Source of the DNA: Bdellovibrionales bacterium
Lineage (GTDB): Bacteria > Bdellovibrionota > Bdellovibrionia > Bdellovibrionales > UBA1609
DNA length: 64,000 nucleotides
Assembly (NCBI GenBank): GCA_965247685.1
Contig: OZ252021.1
Span: forward strand, 1,201-65,200
Direction: 5' to 3'
The position numbers and the translations under genes are program-made. This document shows, piece after piece, positions 39,874 to 49,739 of this stretch. Under the pieces are notes generated by a model. That model made no database searches. It saw only the letters and a list, made by a program, of their open reading frames with translations, and was not told where the DNA came from. Positions within the stretch are counted from its first letter, which is position 1, and each line of letters starts with the position of its first letter.

Positions 39874-42078
39874 TTACTTTTTTGTGTAGGAGTTAGCTAT
39901 TCGGGAGACATGAAATACATTTTTAAGCCTTTCAATAGCCTGAATAATACTACGAAGTTCTTGAATATCTTTGACTTCTAATGTAATAATAAAAGTAGCT
40001 TTGAAAAGTTCATCCACTTGGGCTTTAAGCTCTAGGGTGTTAATGTTTCTCTCTATCATTATATTCGTAATATCGTTAGCTGCCCCTAAGTAGTCTCTTG
40101 CGCTGATTCGTATAGAAACGCTGTGCTTAGAATCTTCTTTTGCGGATTTTCTCCAACTCACGTCCACATATCGATCGGAATCTAAATTTTGGAGCTGTTT
40201 ACATTCACGACGATGAACCACAATCCCTCTTTCAACACTAATATATCCTAAAATATCATCACCATGAACAGGATTGCAGCAATGAGCTAGGTGAACCATC
40301 ACATTCCCCATTCCTTCCACTTCAATAGGAGAATGAGTTTTCCCTCCTACACCTTTTTTCACTTTTGTAATAATCCTTTTAAAGATTGGTGTACTATTTA
40401 AAACTTTAGCAATGAATTTTTTAGCGACAATTTTTCCTTTTCCAATTTGAGTATAAATCTCTTCATTCGAATTGAGACCTAGTTGAGTCATGTGTTTTTT
40501 AAACTGAGGGTGAGTAAAAAATTTTTCAGTCGTTAAATCAGATTCCTTAAGCTCTTTTTCAAGGATCTTTATACCAATTTGCTGAGATGTCTTTTTTTCT
40601 TCCTCATTAATATACATACGAATACGAGAGCGAGCCTTTGAAGTCACACAATGATTCAGCCACTCACGAACAGGATGATTTTTTTCTGAAGTAATCACTT
40701 CCACCACATCTCCATTTTGAAGTTTATATTTAAGTGGAACAATACGACCTCCCACCAAAGCTCCTTTGAGTTTATTGCCTAAATCTGTATGAACGGCATA
40801 GGCAAAGTCTATAGGTGTGGAGCCAGAAGAGAATTCTTTCACTTCTCCTTTAGGAGTAAAAACATAAATATCTGATTCGAAGAGATCGTTTTTCACACTT
40901 TCTAAAAAATCATTAGAATGTTTGGCTTGACGATGAAGATCAATTAAATCTTGCAGCCAAGTAAATTTTTGAATGGTATTTTTTTGAATAGTAGAATGGG
41001 AAGAAAAATATTTTTCCTTGTACTGCCAATGAGCAGCCACCCCTTTTTCTGCCAACTGATGCATCACATAAGTGCGAATTTGAATTTCTACTTTTTTATT
41101 CTGAGGTCCAATCACAGTTGTATGTAAACTTTGATAGTTATTGGATTTAGGAAGAGCAACAAAATCTTTAAATCGACCAGGAATAGGCTTCCATAAAGAG
41201 TGTACCCATCCTAGAATTTCATAACATTCGTGCAGTTTTTCCACACAAATACGAAAGGCAATAATATCGTAGACATCCTCGTAACCAATACTTTGGCTTT
41301 GCATTTTTTTATAAATGGAATACATATTTTTAGTTCGACCGTTAATTTCAAACTTCACAGATGTTTTCTCAGATAAAGCTTTACTTAAAAACTGAGTCAC
41401 TCTTTGAATGTATTGTTCTCTTTCTGATTTTTCTTCTTCAAATTGTTGAAACAAAGAACTGTAAACTTCAGGATAAATGTACTTAAAAGAAAGATCTTCA
41501 AGCTCCGTTTTCATAAAATGAAGACCAAGCCTTCCCGCAAGTGGAGCGTAGATGTTTAAAGTTTCTTTAGAAATTCTCAGTTTTTTAGCTTCGGACAAAG
41601 GAGCTAAAGTTCTCATATTATGTAATCGATCGGCTAGTTTCACCAGAATAACTCGTACATCCTTACCCATAGAGATTAACATTTTCCTAATATTTTCACT
41701 TTCTTTCTCATAGGTATTTTTAAATTCTATTTGAGAAAGTTTGGTCACTCCATCCACTAGAAAAGCAACCTGATCACCAAATTCCTTTTGAACTTCTTTT
41801 AATGTCAGGTGTGTATCTTCTACCACATCATGAAGAAGACCGGTGAGAATGGTGGGGGCGTCCATTTTAATATCTGCTAAAATATGAGCTACAGCGAGAG
41901 GATGCTCGATAAAAAGCTCTCCCGTTTTCCTCAACTGATCCCCATGCGCCAGTTGAGCCATCTCATAGGCTTGTTCAATCAAACCACATTCTTTTTCAGA
42001 TATATATTTATTTAATTTTTGAACGAGAGACTTAACGTTTGAGGATTTCTTTGTTTTTTTAAGAGTAGAAGGCTTCAT
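39874..42078 (-). CDS. spoT: Bifunctional (p)ppGpp synthetase/hydrolase, RelA/SpoT family
   Basis: HD hydrolase domain (HPLAVAHIL...LHDVVEDT), synthetase domain (YQSLHTTV), TGS and ACT regions. The gmk-rpoZ-spoT order matches E. coli. Confidence 0.95.
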   Translation of the reverse strand: MKPSTLKKTKKSSNVKSLVQKLNKYISEKECGLIEQAYEMAQLAHGDQLRKTGELFIEHPLAVAHILADIKMDAPTILTGLLHDVVEDTHLTLKEVQKEFGDQVAFLVDGVTKLSQIEFKNTYEKESENIRKMLISMGKDVRVILVKLADRLHNMRTLAPLSEAKKLRISKETLNIYAPLAGRLGLHFMKTELEDLSFKYIYPEVYSSLFQQFEEEKSEREQYIQRVTQFLSKALSEKTSVKFEINGRTKNMYSIYKKMQSQSIGYEDVYDIIAFRICVEKLHECYEILGWVHSLWKPIPGRFKDFVALPKSNNYQSLHTTVIGPQNKKVEIQIRTYVMHQLAEKGVAAHWQYKEKYFSSHSTIQKNTIQKFTWLQDLIDLHRQAKHSNDFLESVKNDLFESDIYVFTPKGEVKEFSSGSTPIDFAYAVHTDLGNKLKGALVGGRIVPLKYKLQNGDVVEVITSEKNHPVREWLNHCVTSKARSRIRMYINEEEKKTSQQIGIKILEKELKESDLTTEKFFTHPQFKKHMTQLGLNSNEEIYTQIGKGKIVAKKFIAKVLNSTPIFKRIITKVKKGVGGKTHSPIEVEGMGNVMVHLAHCCNPVHGDDILGYISVERGIVVHRRECKQLQNLDSDRYVDVSWRKSAKEDSKHSVSIRISARDYLGAANDITNIMIERNINTLELKAQVDELFKATFIITLEVKDIQELRSIIQAIERLKNVFHVSRIANSYTKK

Positions 42079-42094
42079 CCTAACCTATTAGCGA

Positions 42095-42370
42095 TTACTC
42101 ATTCTCATTCAATTTTTGCGTATCTTCTTTAAGGTCTGCACTACTATTGAAAAAATTTTCCAACCGAATAGCCATTTCGTCTTTAGACAGATTACCAGTG
42201 AGATGCCCAGCCGCCACTTCTCTTAAAGCATTCACCACATGTTTATTATTAGCTTCCACCATCGGATGATCTCCATTGAGAAACTGTCGAACTCTTTTAG
42301 CCACTATAGCGACTAAAGAGAAACGGTTATCCACCTTTTTTAAACAATCTTCTACGGTCACTCTAGCCAT
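42095..42370 (-). CDS. rpoZ: RNA polymerase omega subunit
   Basis: [29 protein letters not shown], 91 aa. Confidence 0.9.
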   Translation of the reverse strand: MARVTVEDCLKKVDNRFSLVAIVAKRVRQFLNGDHPMVEANNKHVVNALREVAAGHLTGNLSKDEMAIRLENFFNSSADLKEDTQKLNENE

Positions 42371-42426
42371 GTCATCCCCCTTCAGGTTGTATCAAGGTAA
42401 TCAATAATACGGAATTATTCAACCCT

Positions 42427-42990
42427 TTATTGATACAGGTATTGTTTAATTTCATTTTTGAGTTTTTGGTAAGCCTTTTCAAGATGTTCATTGATAATTT
42501 GGACATGGGAGTATTTCTGCAGTTCACTGACTTCCTCTTTATAAGCTTTCAATCGAAGCTCTTTATTCTCATTAGGAGCAGCATCTCTTTGAGAAATTCG
42601 AGATTGAACCTCCTGTTGATCAGCAAAGATGCCTACAACAAGACTTTGAGGATAAAGCTTTCTGACTGATTTAACTCCTTTTAAATCCAAATCAGTAATA
42701 GGAACTTTGTTTTCTTTCCATATTTGTTTAATTTGTGTTTGAGCTGTTCCGTAATAATGCCCGTACACTTGAGTCCATTCGAGAAATTCGCCTTCTTTAA
42801 TTCTCTCTAAAAACTCTTCTCGAGAGAGGAAAAAATATTCTTTGCCAGGAGTTTCAAAAGGCCGCTTCTGACGAGTGGTGCAGGAGATGGAAAGCCTCAG
42901 AGAGTCCATATCTTTCATCAAACTTTGAATGAGCGTGGACTTACCAGCTCCGCTGGGGCCGCATAAAACAATAAAACCATTCTTGATCAT
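42427..42990 (-). CDS. gmk: Guanylate kinase
   Basis: GPSGAGKSTL P-loop and TTRQKRPFETPGKEYFF. Confidence 0.95.
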   Translation of the reverse strand: MIKNGFIVLCGPSGAGKSTLIQSLMKDMDSLRLSISCTTRQKRPFETPGKEYFFLSREEFLERIKEGEFLEWTQVYGHYYGTAQTQIKQIWKENKVPITDLDLKGVKSVRKLYPQSLVVGIFADQQEVQSRISQRDAAPNENKELRLKAYKEEVSELQKYSHVQIINEHLEKAYQKLKNEIKQYLYQ

Positions 42991-43031
42991 ATTTTATGTA
43001 CTTTCGTTGAATTATGAGAGTCAAGCAAGGA

Positions 43032-44018
43032 TTAATCCCAGTAATCGCTCCAATTATTGAAATTTTTTAAATCATCGAATGTTGCAGTTTTTGCAGCTGC
43101 AATACAGAATGTAGATTCAGGTTGATCACGATAACCTTCTTTTAAAAGATAGTAGCCAACCCCCCTTTGCCTTCTTAAAGAAGTGCAAGAGACACTTAAT
43201 TGTTTAAAGTAAATCCAAGAGAGGCAGATTTTATAAGAACGATCTCTGGATTTATTTGTAACACTGGCATTACGACAAATATCTGAAACCATTTCATGAA
43301 AATGCTCTAAAAGAGGACTGTCTTTGTCTCCAATAAGCAACAAAGGAGAATATATAGGGATATCGACCATACCTTTTATAACACGTCTATCATTGTCTGC
43401 TAAACCTAGTCCAGGATCAGCTACAGGATCTTTCTCTTGAGAAAACAAGTTATAAAGAATATCTGTAGATCTTGAAAAGTCCGCAAGAGAAGTTCCTATA
43501 GATGAAGGGTTGCTAAAAGTCCAGATCAAAACCGCTTCAGCATCATTACTATCATATCCGTAAGGATTTCCATATTCATCCGTGGCATCATCATTATCAT
43601 CATCGTCATCTTCATTTGCTTGAGAAGCTAAATAGTCTCCTGTAATCACTCGATTCCAAGACCGCAAACCTACTTCTGCAAAAAGATCAAAATCTCGGCT
43701 GCTGATATCGCTCTCTAATTTTTTTGCTGTTGGATTTTTTAGAATATCAAAAGCATCCTCAATAAGGCCAATCTCCCCTAAAGAGAATTTGTAGCAAGTT
43801 CTTCTTTCATCGGTGTATTCCAGCATTCGATCACAAATATTTTCACAGCGAGAAGAATCCTCGCATACATTTTGACGGGAAGTTCTTCGAGAGCTCCGAT
43901 TCCGTCTTAGATCTTCCACTTCTCCTTGAGATCCTTGAATCGAAGCCAGATAACTATATTCAGCCGGCGTACAAGAGGCGATTCCAATCAAAAAAGCAAA
44001 TGATAATATTATTTTCAT
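43032..44018 (-). CDS. Acidic Cys-motif lipoprotein, family member 2 (uncharacterised)
   Basis: I placed the start at ATG 44018 (AGAGGA ribosome-binding site, 19 nt after the upstream stop). This gives MKIILSFAFLIGIASC, a good lipobox. The motif is CEDSSRCENICDRMLEYTDERRTCY, and there is a DDDDDNDD run. Confidence 0.75.
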   Translation of the reverse strand: MKIILSFAFLIGIASCTPAEYSYLASIQGSQGEVEDLRRNRSSRRTSRQNVCEDSSRCENICDRMLEYTDERRTCYKFSLGEIGLIEDAFDILKNPTAKKLESDISSRDFDLFAEVGLRSWNRVITGDYLASQANEDDDDDNDDATDEYGNPYGYDSNDAEAVLIWTFSNPSSIGTSLADFSRSTDILYNLFSQEKDPVADPGLGLADNDRRVIKGMVDIPIYSPLLLIGDKDSPLLEHFHEMVSDICRNASVTNKSRDRSYKICLSWIYFKQLSVSCTSLRRQRGVGYYLLKEGYRDQPESTFCIAAAKTATFDDLKNFNNWSDYWD

Positions 44019-44037
44019 ATCTAAAGTTCCTCTTTTA

Positions 44038-45051
44038 TTACGGACCCGGTGGTGGACTGCAATCAGCTCTTCTTGTGTAAGTGCGCCTACCATCACTAAT
44101 GGATTCTCGATCTTCAATATGTAATATCAAACAATAAAAATCCTCAATACATCCTGAAGAATTTTCACATTCATTATTAATAAATCTATCTATGATACCA
44201 TCACTCAAACTGTCATTATCTTGGGCTTTAGAGTAAGTGTATAAGGTCACACCATCAAAAGAGTTATTAGTGAGTCCTAAAACAATAGGTAAAAGATTAT
44301 CATGACAGTCCCTTACTGAACAGGATACAGGATCCTCACAATTAATTTCCGGCTTTGATAAAGATATAAAAAGAGCATTTGTAGCCGGCTTTACATTAGA
44401 GTCACACAGTTGATTTTTAAATTTTGAAGTGGTGCAATGCTGCTGCCCTAAAAGACAAATCAAATGTCTGAAAATTTCGTCGTCTTTATCTTTAGATTGA
44501 AGAGCTTTAGCAATTTTTTCTTCTTCAGCCATCCATTCCAACACCAACTGAGCCGTCCTCGAATCATAGGAATGAATATCTTCCCAATTATCATCCCTGC
44601 GATCTCCGTCTTCATCAATATGAATGGGATCCACCAGATCTAAAAACCCTCTGTATCCTAAATTTAAAAAATCACTAAAAAATTCATCTTCAATATCATT
44701 CAGTTCAGAAAGCCGTCGAGGGTTGATCAATATATCGAAAGTACCTGCAATTTCGTCCACTCGATTTTCTCTAGCATTGTAGCAGCGATCCAAATCGCTC
44801 GCCTTTAGATAAAGGCTATCGCAAACTTCTTTGCAGTCCTCACTTTCTCGACAATAATCCGAACTATTTCTTAAGGTTCTATCACGAATACTATCTCTCA
44901 GGCGACGGCGACCATCATCGGAATCTATATTTGTGTCTTTGATAGACGATAGATAATCGTATGTCCCTCCTTGCGTGCAGGATAAAAAAAACACAATAAT
45001 AAAAAAATTGATAAAAGATATCTCTAAACTTTTCACAAAATAACACTCCAA
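44038..45051 (-). CDS. Acidic Cys-motif lipoprotein, family member 3 (uncharacterised)
   Basis: Signal/lipobox FFIIVFFLSC. The motif is CRESEDCKEVCDSLYLKASDLDRCY. It shares (T/E)Y(D/S)YL(S/A)SI and an Arg-rich stretch with member 2. Confidence 0.75.
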   Translation of the reverse strand: MECYFVKSLEISFINFFIIVFFLSCTQGGTYDYLSSIKDTNIDSDDGRRRLRDSIRDRTLRNSSDYCRESEDCKEVCDSLYLKASDLDRCYNARENRVDEIAGTFDILINPRRLSELNDIEDEFFSDFLNLGYRGFLDLVDPIHIDEDGDRRDDNWEDIHSYDSRTAQLVLEWMAEEEKIAKALQSKDKDDEIFRHLICLLGQQHCTTSKFKNQLCDSNVKPATNALFISLSKPEINCEDPVSCSVRDCHDNLLPIVLGLTNNSFDGVTLYTYSKAQDNDSLSDGIIDRFINNECENSSGCIEDFYCLILHIEDRESISDGRRTYTRRADCSPPPGP

Positions 45052-45288
45052 TAAATAAACTACCCTATTTTCTTCATCGGATAACGAAAGGGTATGTATA
45101 AGAAGTTACCAGAATAAAAAGAGATAACCAGTCATTGGTCTTGCTTTAACATTCTATAGCTGTGAAATATTTTCATTGCTATTTTGCCAGAGAATAGATT
45201 TTTAAAAAATCTTTTCAAACTGTTTTACGATCTTTAAAAATTTAAAAAAATATGAAAGAAATAAAAAAAACATCACTATAAAAAAATA

Positions 45289-45316
45289 TCCAACATTCTA
45301 AAAAAGATCTGTTGGA
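45289..45316 (-). terminator. Candidate intrinsic terminator after ptrB
   Basis: On the minus strand, TCCAACA-(14 nt)-TGTTGGA is followed by TATTTTTTTA. It lies about 100 nt after the ptrB stop. The stem is short and the loop is long. Confidence 0.3.
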
Positions 45317-45414
45317 GATTAAAATTATTTTGAAATAACGTCATATCATAAAATCTGAAATTCATATAAAAAGTATCTGAATAATCTAAAGAAAAAAACA
45401 CTGGAATGAAGGTC

Positions 45415-47469
45415 TCATGAGTCGATCAGGTTTTCCAGCTTCAGTAAAAATGTGAACTGAACAACGAGCTGTTTGAGTCGTTTAAATCTACCTGTTGTTC
45501 CACTATGCCCAGAATCCATATCCATTAAAAGAAGGATAGGATTATCATTTTTTTGAAAATCTCTCAGTCGAGCTGTCCACTTCATAGGTTCCCAATATTG
45601 CACTTGAGAGTCGTGGTATCCAGAGGTCACTAAAATATGTGGAAATTTATTCTCTCTAATATTATCGTAAGGAGAATAAGACTTCATATAATTATAATAC
45701 ACAGGATCACTCGGATCTCCCCACTCATCATACTCTCCCGCAGTGAGGGGAATATCTTGATCTTGCATAGTGGTCAAAACATCCACAAAAGGAACTTGGG
45801 CAATCATTCCATTAAAAAGATCAGGCCTCATATTGAGTACACTTCCCATTAATAAACCTCCAGCACTTCCTCCTCCTGCATAAAGTTTTTTCGGATGAAC
45901 CCACTGCTCACTCACCAAATAATGAGCACAATCAATAAAATCTTTAAAAGTATTTTTCTTTTTTAAGAGCTTCCCTTCTTCGTACCACTTTTTACCCTTC
46001 TCCGCTCCACCACGAACATGAGCCATGGCAAAAACAAAACCTCGATCCAAAAGGGAGAAAATATGCGGACTAAAATCCGGTTCTAAACTCATTCCATAAG
46101 AACCATAACCATAAAGATATAAAGGATTTTTACCTTGTTGAAATAAATCTTTTTTATAAATGATAGAAAGAGGAATTTTTTCTCCGTCTTGAGCCGATAC
46201 AAAAAATCTTTCTTCGTGATACAAACTGGAATCAAAAGGGACTGCCAATTTCGTTTGTTTTATTAATTTTGCCGTCTTATCCTTAATAGAATAATCGTAG
46301 ATCATTTCCGGCTGAGTCATTGATTCATAAGAAACTCGAAGAAGATCCGTTTGGTAATTCGCATTACTGTCCATTTCCATCACATGGCAGTTAGTTTGTT
46401 CAGAAAAGACTTCCACAGGCCTCACAACATGAGATTTTTTGTCTATAATCAGCACTTTTGAACAACTTTTTTCTCTGCATTCCAAAGCAATAAAATCTGA
46501 AAACACTTCAAAATCCTCAATGTATATATCTGGATCATGCGGAAACACCGTTTTCCAATGGTTCATGTCTGGTTGATGAATCGAGGTGACATCTAAGCGA
46601 TAGTTTGTACAAACATGAGAATTGGTCAAAATATAGAAGACATCTTTTCCATCAGCTAGATAGTATTTATGCCCTTTTTTTCTCTCTAAAAAGACTTTTA
46701 AAGGCTCTTCCGGATTTTGAGCAGAAAGAATTCGATATTCTGTGGTCAGGGTGCTGGAAGATTGAACATAAATAAATTCTTCAGAAAGAGACTTATAAAT
46801 ACTTACATGAAAAGTATGATCCTTTTCTTCAAAAATACATTCTTCTTTTTGAGTCTTTATATTGTAGCGATAAACTTGATGTGATCGAAGTGTTTGCGGA
46901 TCTTGTTTCGTGTAGAAAATAGTTTCATCATCTTGAGCCCAAATAACTTCTCCCGTTGTTTGAGGAATATTTTGTGATAATATTTCTTGAGTTTTTAAAT
47001 CTTTAAAAAAAATTGTATAAAACCTTCTTCCTATAGAATCTACAGAAAAAGCGGCTAAGTTTTGAGAACTTGAAAGAGCTAAGCTCCCTACCGAATAGTA
47101 CGAATGCTCTTGAGCAAGTTCATTAACATCCAGTAAAATCTCCTCTGCACTCTCCTCACTATTCTTTTTTCTCCGACAATAGATTGGATATTCTTTTTTC
47201 TCTTCATAGCGGGTTTGATACATATAATTTTTGAAAGGATAAGGTGCACTCGAATCTTTAGGAGGAATACGGCTTTTAAGCTCTTGAAATAGCTTTTCTT
47301 GAAACAAAAGAGTTTTATTCATGTGTTCGTCAAAGTATTTCTGCTCTTCTTTCAGATGATCGAGGACCTTTTGACTATCTCTTTGTTTCATCCAGAAATA
47401 CGGATCTTCTCGAACATCATCGAAAGCTCTTAGTTTTTTAATAATTTGATCTGCTTGAGGTTTTTTCAT
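45415..47469 (-). CDS. ptrB: Oligopeptidase B (S9A prolyl-oligopeptidase family)
   Basis: Catalytic Ser motif GGSAGGLLMG. The C-terminal DMDSGHSGTTGRFK matches my recollection of E. coli PtrB (MDSGHGGKSGRFK). 684 aa. Confidence 0.9.
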   Translation of the reverse strand: MKKPQADQIIKKLRAFDDVREDPYFWMKQRDSQKVLDHLKEEQKYFDEHMNKTLLFQEKLFQELKSRIPPKDSSAPYPFKNYMYQTRYEEKKEYPIYCRRKKNSEESAEEILLDVNELAQEHSYYSVGSLALSSSQNLAAFSVDSIGRRFYTIFFKDLKTQEILSQNIPQTTGEVIWAQDDETIFYTKQDPQTLRSHQVYRYNIKTQKEECIFEEKDHTFHVSIYKSLSEEFIYVQSSSTLTTEYRILSAQNPEEPLKVFLERKKGHKYYLADGKDVFYILTNSHVCTNYRLDVTSIHQPDMNHWKTVFPHDPDIYIEDFEVFSDFIALECREKSCSKVLIIDKKSHVVRPVEVFSEQTNCHVMEMDSNANYQTDLLRVSYESMTQPEMIYDYSIKDKTAKLIKQTKLAVPFDSSLYHEERFFVSAQDGEKIPLSIIYKKDLFQQGKNPLYLYGYGSYGMSLEPDFSPHIFSLLDRGFVFAMAHVRGGAEKGKKWYEEGKLLKKKNTFKDFIDCAHYLVSEQWVHPKKLYAGGGSAGGLLMGSVLNMRPDLFNGMIAQVPFVDVLTTMQDQDIPLTAGEYDEWGDPSDPVYYNYMKSYSPYDNIRENKFPHILVTSGYHDSQVQYWEPMKWTARLRDFQKNDNPILLLMDMDSGHSGTTGRFKRLKQLVVQFTFLLKLENLIDS

Positions 47470-47600
47470 AGCCCTAACTAAAGTTAAAATATAAGTAAAA
47501 GTTCTTTTTCAAAGATTTTAATGTATGTTGTTTATCAATATTTGTCCATACAATTTGAATACTCCCGCTCATGGCATTAGAATAAAGATATAAGAGGTCT

Positions 47601-48239
47601 ATGATGAAAAAAGATCATACTTTTATTGTGGGTGATGTGCATGGATGTTTTGATGAGCTCATGCTCTTGTTAAAGAAGGCACAATACCACCCCAGCCAAC
47701 ATCGTCTGATTCTTGTTGGAGATCTAGTAAATAAAGGAAAGAAGTCTTTTCAGACATTAAAATGGGCAAGAAAAAATCGTATAGAATCCGTATTAGGAAA
47801 TCATGAACTAAAATTTATTCACGGGGTTGAAAATAATCTTCCTCTCGCACCTGCCTTATCTAAGCTCAAACTAGACATGGGAGAACAACTCAGGGATTGG
47901 TTGAAGTATATTAAAGGATGGCCTCTTTTTATTGAAGAGGAGGATTTTATTGTAGTCCATGCGGGGCTTGTTCCTGGAGAACATCCAAGGGAGTCTCAGA
48001 GGGAGAGTTTAGTTAATATTCGACATTGGGATATTCAAAAACAGTCCTTATGTGATGAAGGTCGCCCTTGGCATGAATATTACACAGCTGATAAGTTAGT
48101 CGTTTACGGACACTGGGCACGACAAGGTGTTTTAAAAAAACACAATTCCATTGGACTAGACTCAGGTTGTGTTTACGGAAGAAGTCTTACAGGACTATTT
48201 TTGCCCAGTCGCACATTAATTTCAGTAGACTCTGTTTGA
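47601..48239 (+). CDS. ApaH-like metallophosphoesterase (PPP family; diadenosine tetraphosphatase or Ser/Thr phosphatase)
   Basis: GDVHGCFDEL, VGDLVNKG and GNHE motifs. The N-terminal half closely parallels E. coli ApaH, but the protein is shorter (212 aa). Confidence 0.75.
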   Translation: MMKKDHTFIVGDVHGCFDELMLLLKKAQYHPSQHRLILVGDLVNKGKKSFQTLKWARKNRIESVLGNHELKFIHGVENNLPLAPALSKLKLDMGEQLRDWLKYIKGWPLFIEEEDFIVVHAGLVPGEHPRESQRESLVNIRHWDIQKQSLCDEGRPWHEYYTADKLVVYGHWARQGVLKKHNSIGLDSGCVYGRSLTGLFLPSRTLISVDSV

Positions 48240-48294
48240 GAAATTCATATTTTTAATTTTAGTTTGTGTTAGAATGTGTCGACAGGGGTGTGTT

Positions 48295-49410
48295 ATGTTT
48301 AGACTTTACGTAACTTGTTTTCTCATTTTTGTTGGTGTTTTTGCTTCATCTAAGCCTTCAGACACCATTATGCAGAAGATCACTAAAAGTATTCACGAAG
48401 AAGACCTTTCAGCTTTACAAACTCTTTTTTCTCAAACATCTGTTAATGTCAAAGATGAGCAAACATTAAAGACACCGCTCCATTACGCCGTCATTAGTGA
48501 AAAAATTAAGATTGTAGAGTGGCTTTTGAAAAATAAAGCAATTGTGGATGCTCAAACTCGAACTCAAAAAACGCCTCTTCATTTAGCCGCTTTTAAACTC
48601 AATTATGATATTGTAAAATTATTACTCGATTATAAAGCTCAAGTCGATATTGCAGATAATAGGAAGTTTACAGCTCTTCATTATGCTTCACAAAGAAACA
48701 TTCTTAATTCCAATACGAACCCTTTAGAAGTATTAAAAATTGCAAAATTACTCGTTCAAAAGAACAAAAAAATATTAACTAAGAAGAATAGATTAGATGA
48801 AACACCTTTGCACATTGCAAGTTTTAGTGGTTATGACCTCTTAGTCTCATTCTTTTTAAAAACAGACGCTTCTCTTATTAAAGAAAAAAATAAGAATGGC
48901 CACACAGCCCTGCACCAAGCTGTTTTTGGACGGATGCAGTTTCGAAAGATTAGAAATTTGAAGAAAAGTTATCAAAAGATCATCATTGATCTGGCTCAAC
49001 ATAAATCTATTTTAAATATTCGAGATAATGGCGGAAGAACTGCTTTGCACCATGTGGCTGAAAAGGGTTTTCTTAAAATAACTCAGTCTTTACTATCTGC
49101 TAAGGCCAATCCGAATGTGCAGGATAATGATGGATGGACTCCTTTGTTTTTTGCCAGCGCAAACGCTCATGTTCCTTTAATGCAGTTACTCGTTCAAAAT
49201 GGAGCAGATGTGAACATTAAGAATAAAAAAGATATGACGGCTCTTTATTTTGCTGTGGGCTCTGGTGAGAAAAAGGCTGTGGCGTTGTTGCTTCAATCAA
49301 AGTCAACAGTATTTTTAAAAGATGCTACAGGCCGTTCTTTTTTTGACGAAGATGCCAGTAGGAAATTAAAAGGTTTACTCAATCAATTTTACGAAAAAAA
49401 GTCCAAATAA
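48295..49410 (+). CDS. Secreted ankyrin-repeat protein (about 8-9 ANK repeats)
   Basis: I placed the start at ATG 48295 (AGGGG 7 nt upstream), giving the signal peptide MFRLYVTCFLIFVGVFASS. Repeats are marked by TPLHYAV, TPLHLAA, TALHYAS, TPLHIAS, TALHQAV, TALHHVA, TPLFFAS and TALYFAV. Confidence 0.85.
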   Translation: MFRLYVTCFLIFVGVFASSKPSDTIMQKITKSIHEEDLSALQTLFSQTSVNVKDEQTLKTPLHYAVISEKIKIVEWLLKNKAIVDAQTRTQKTPLHLAAFKLNYDIVKLLLDYKAQVDIADNRKFTALHYASQRNILNSNTNPLEVLKIAKLLVQKNKKILTKKNRLDETPLHIASFSGYDLLVSFFLKTDASLIKEKNKNGHTALHQAVFGRMQFRKIRNLKKSYQKIIIDLAQHKSILNIRDNGGRTALHHVAEKGFLKITQSLLSAKANPNVQDNDGWTPLFFASANAHVPLMQLLVQNGADVNIKNKKDMTALYFAVGSGEKKAVALLLQSKSTVFLKDATGRSFFDEDASRKLKGLLNQFYEKKSK

Positions 49411-49493
49411 ATATTTTTACACTCTCTAGCGTGTCAAAGATAGAAAACTCAACCATATTAGAATGGAAGGGTGTAAAGCACCTACCATTCTGT

Positions 49494-49693
49494 ACATAAA
49501 TCTATTTTAAATATTCGAGAGAAGAACTGCCTTGCACTATAAGGGTTTTCTTAAAATAACTCAGTCTTTCTGCTAAGGTTAATGCGAATGTGCAGGATAA
49601 TATGATGGATGGACTCCTTCGTTTTTTGCCAGCGCAAACGCGCTCATATTCGCAGTTACTCGTTCAGAATGGAGCAGAGATGTGAACATCAAA
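49494..49693 (+). pseudogene. Decayed partial duplicate of the 3' third of the ankyrin gene
   Basis: 49494-49693 aligns by eye to 48999-49220: ACATAAATCTATTTTAAATATTCGAGA is identical, and ...GGGTTTTCTTAAAATAACTCAGTCTT..., ...GAATGTGCAGGATAAT...GATGGATGGACTCC... and ...GCAGTTACTCGTTCA.AATGGAGCAGA... also match. Several indels break the frame. Confidence 0.8.
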
Positions 49694-49739
49694 AGGCGCA
49701 CATGTTTTCTACACTGCTTTTCATCATATCCGTCTACGT

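Noticed and set aside
44019-44117. 33-aa N-terminal extension of the 43032 lipoprotein gene, overlapping the upstream paralog by 80 nt.
   Set aside because: The internal ATG at 44018 has an AGAGGA ribosome-binding site and lies 19 nt after the upstream stop. It yields a canonical lipoprotein signal. The extension has no signal-peptide character.
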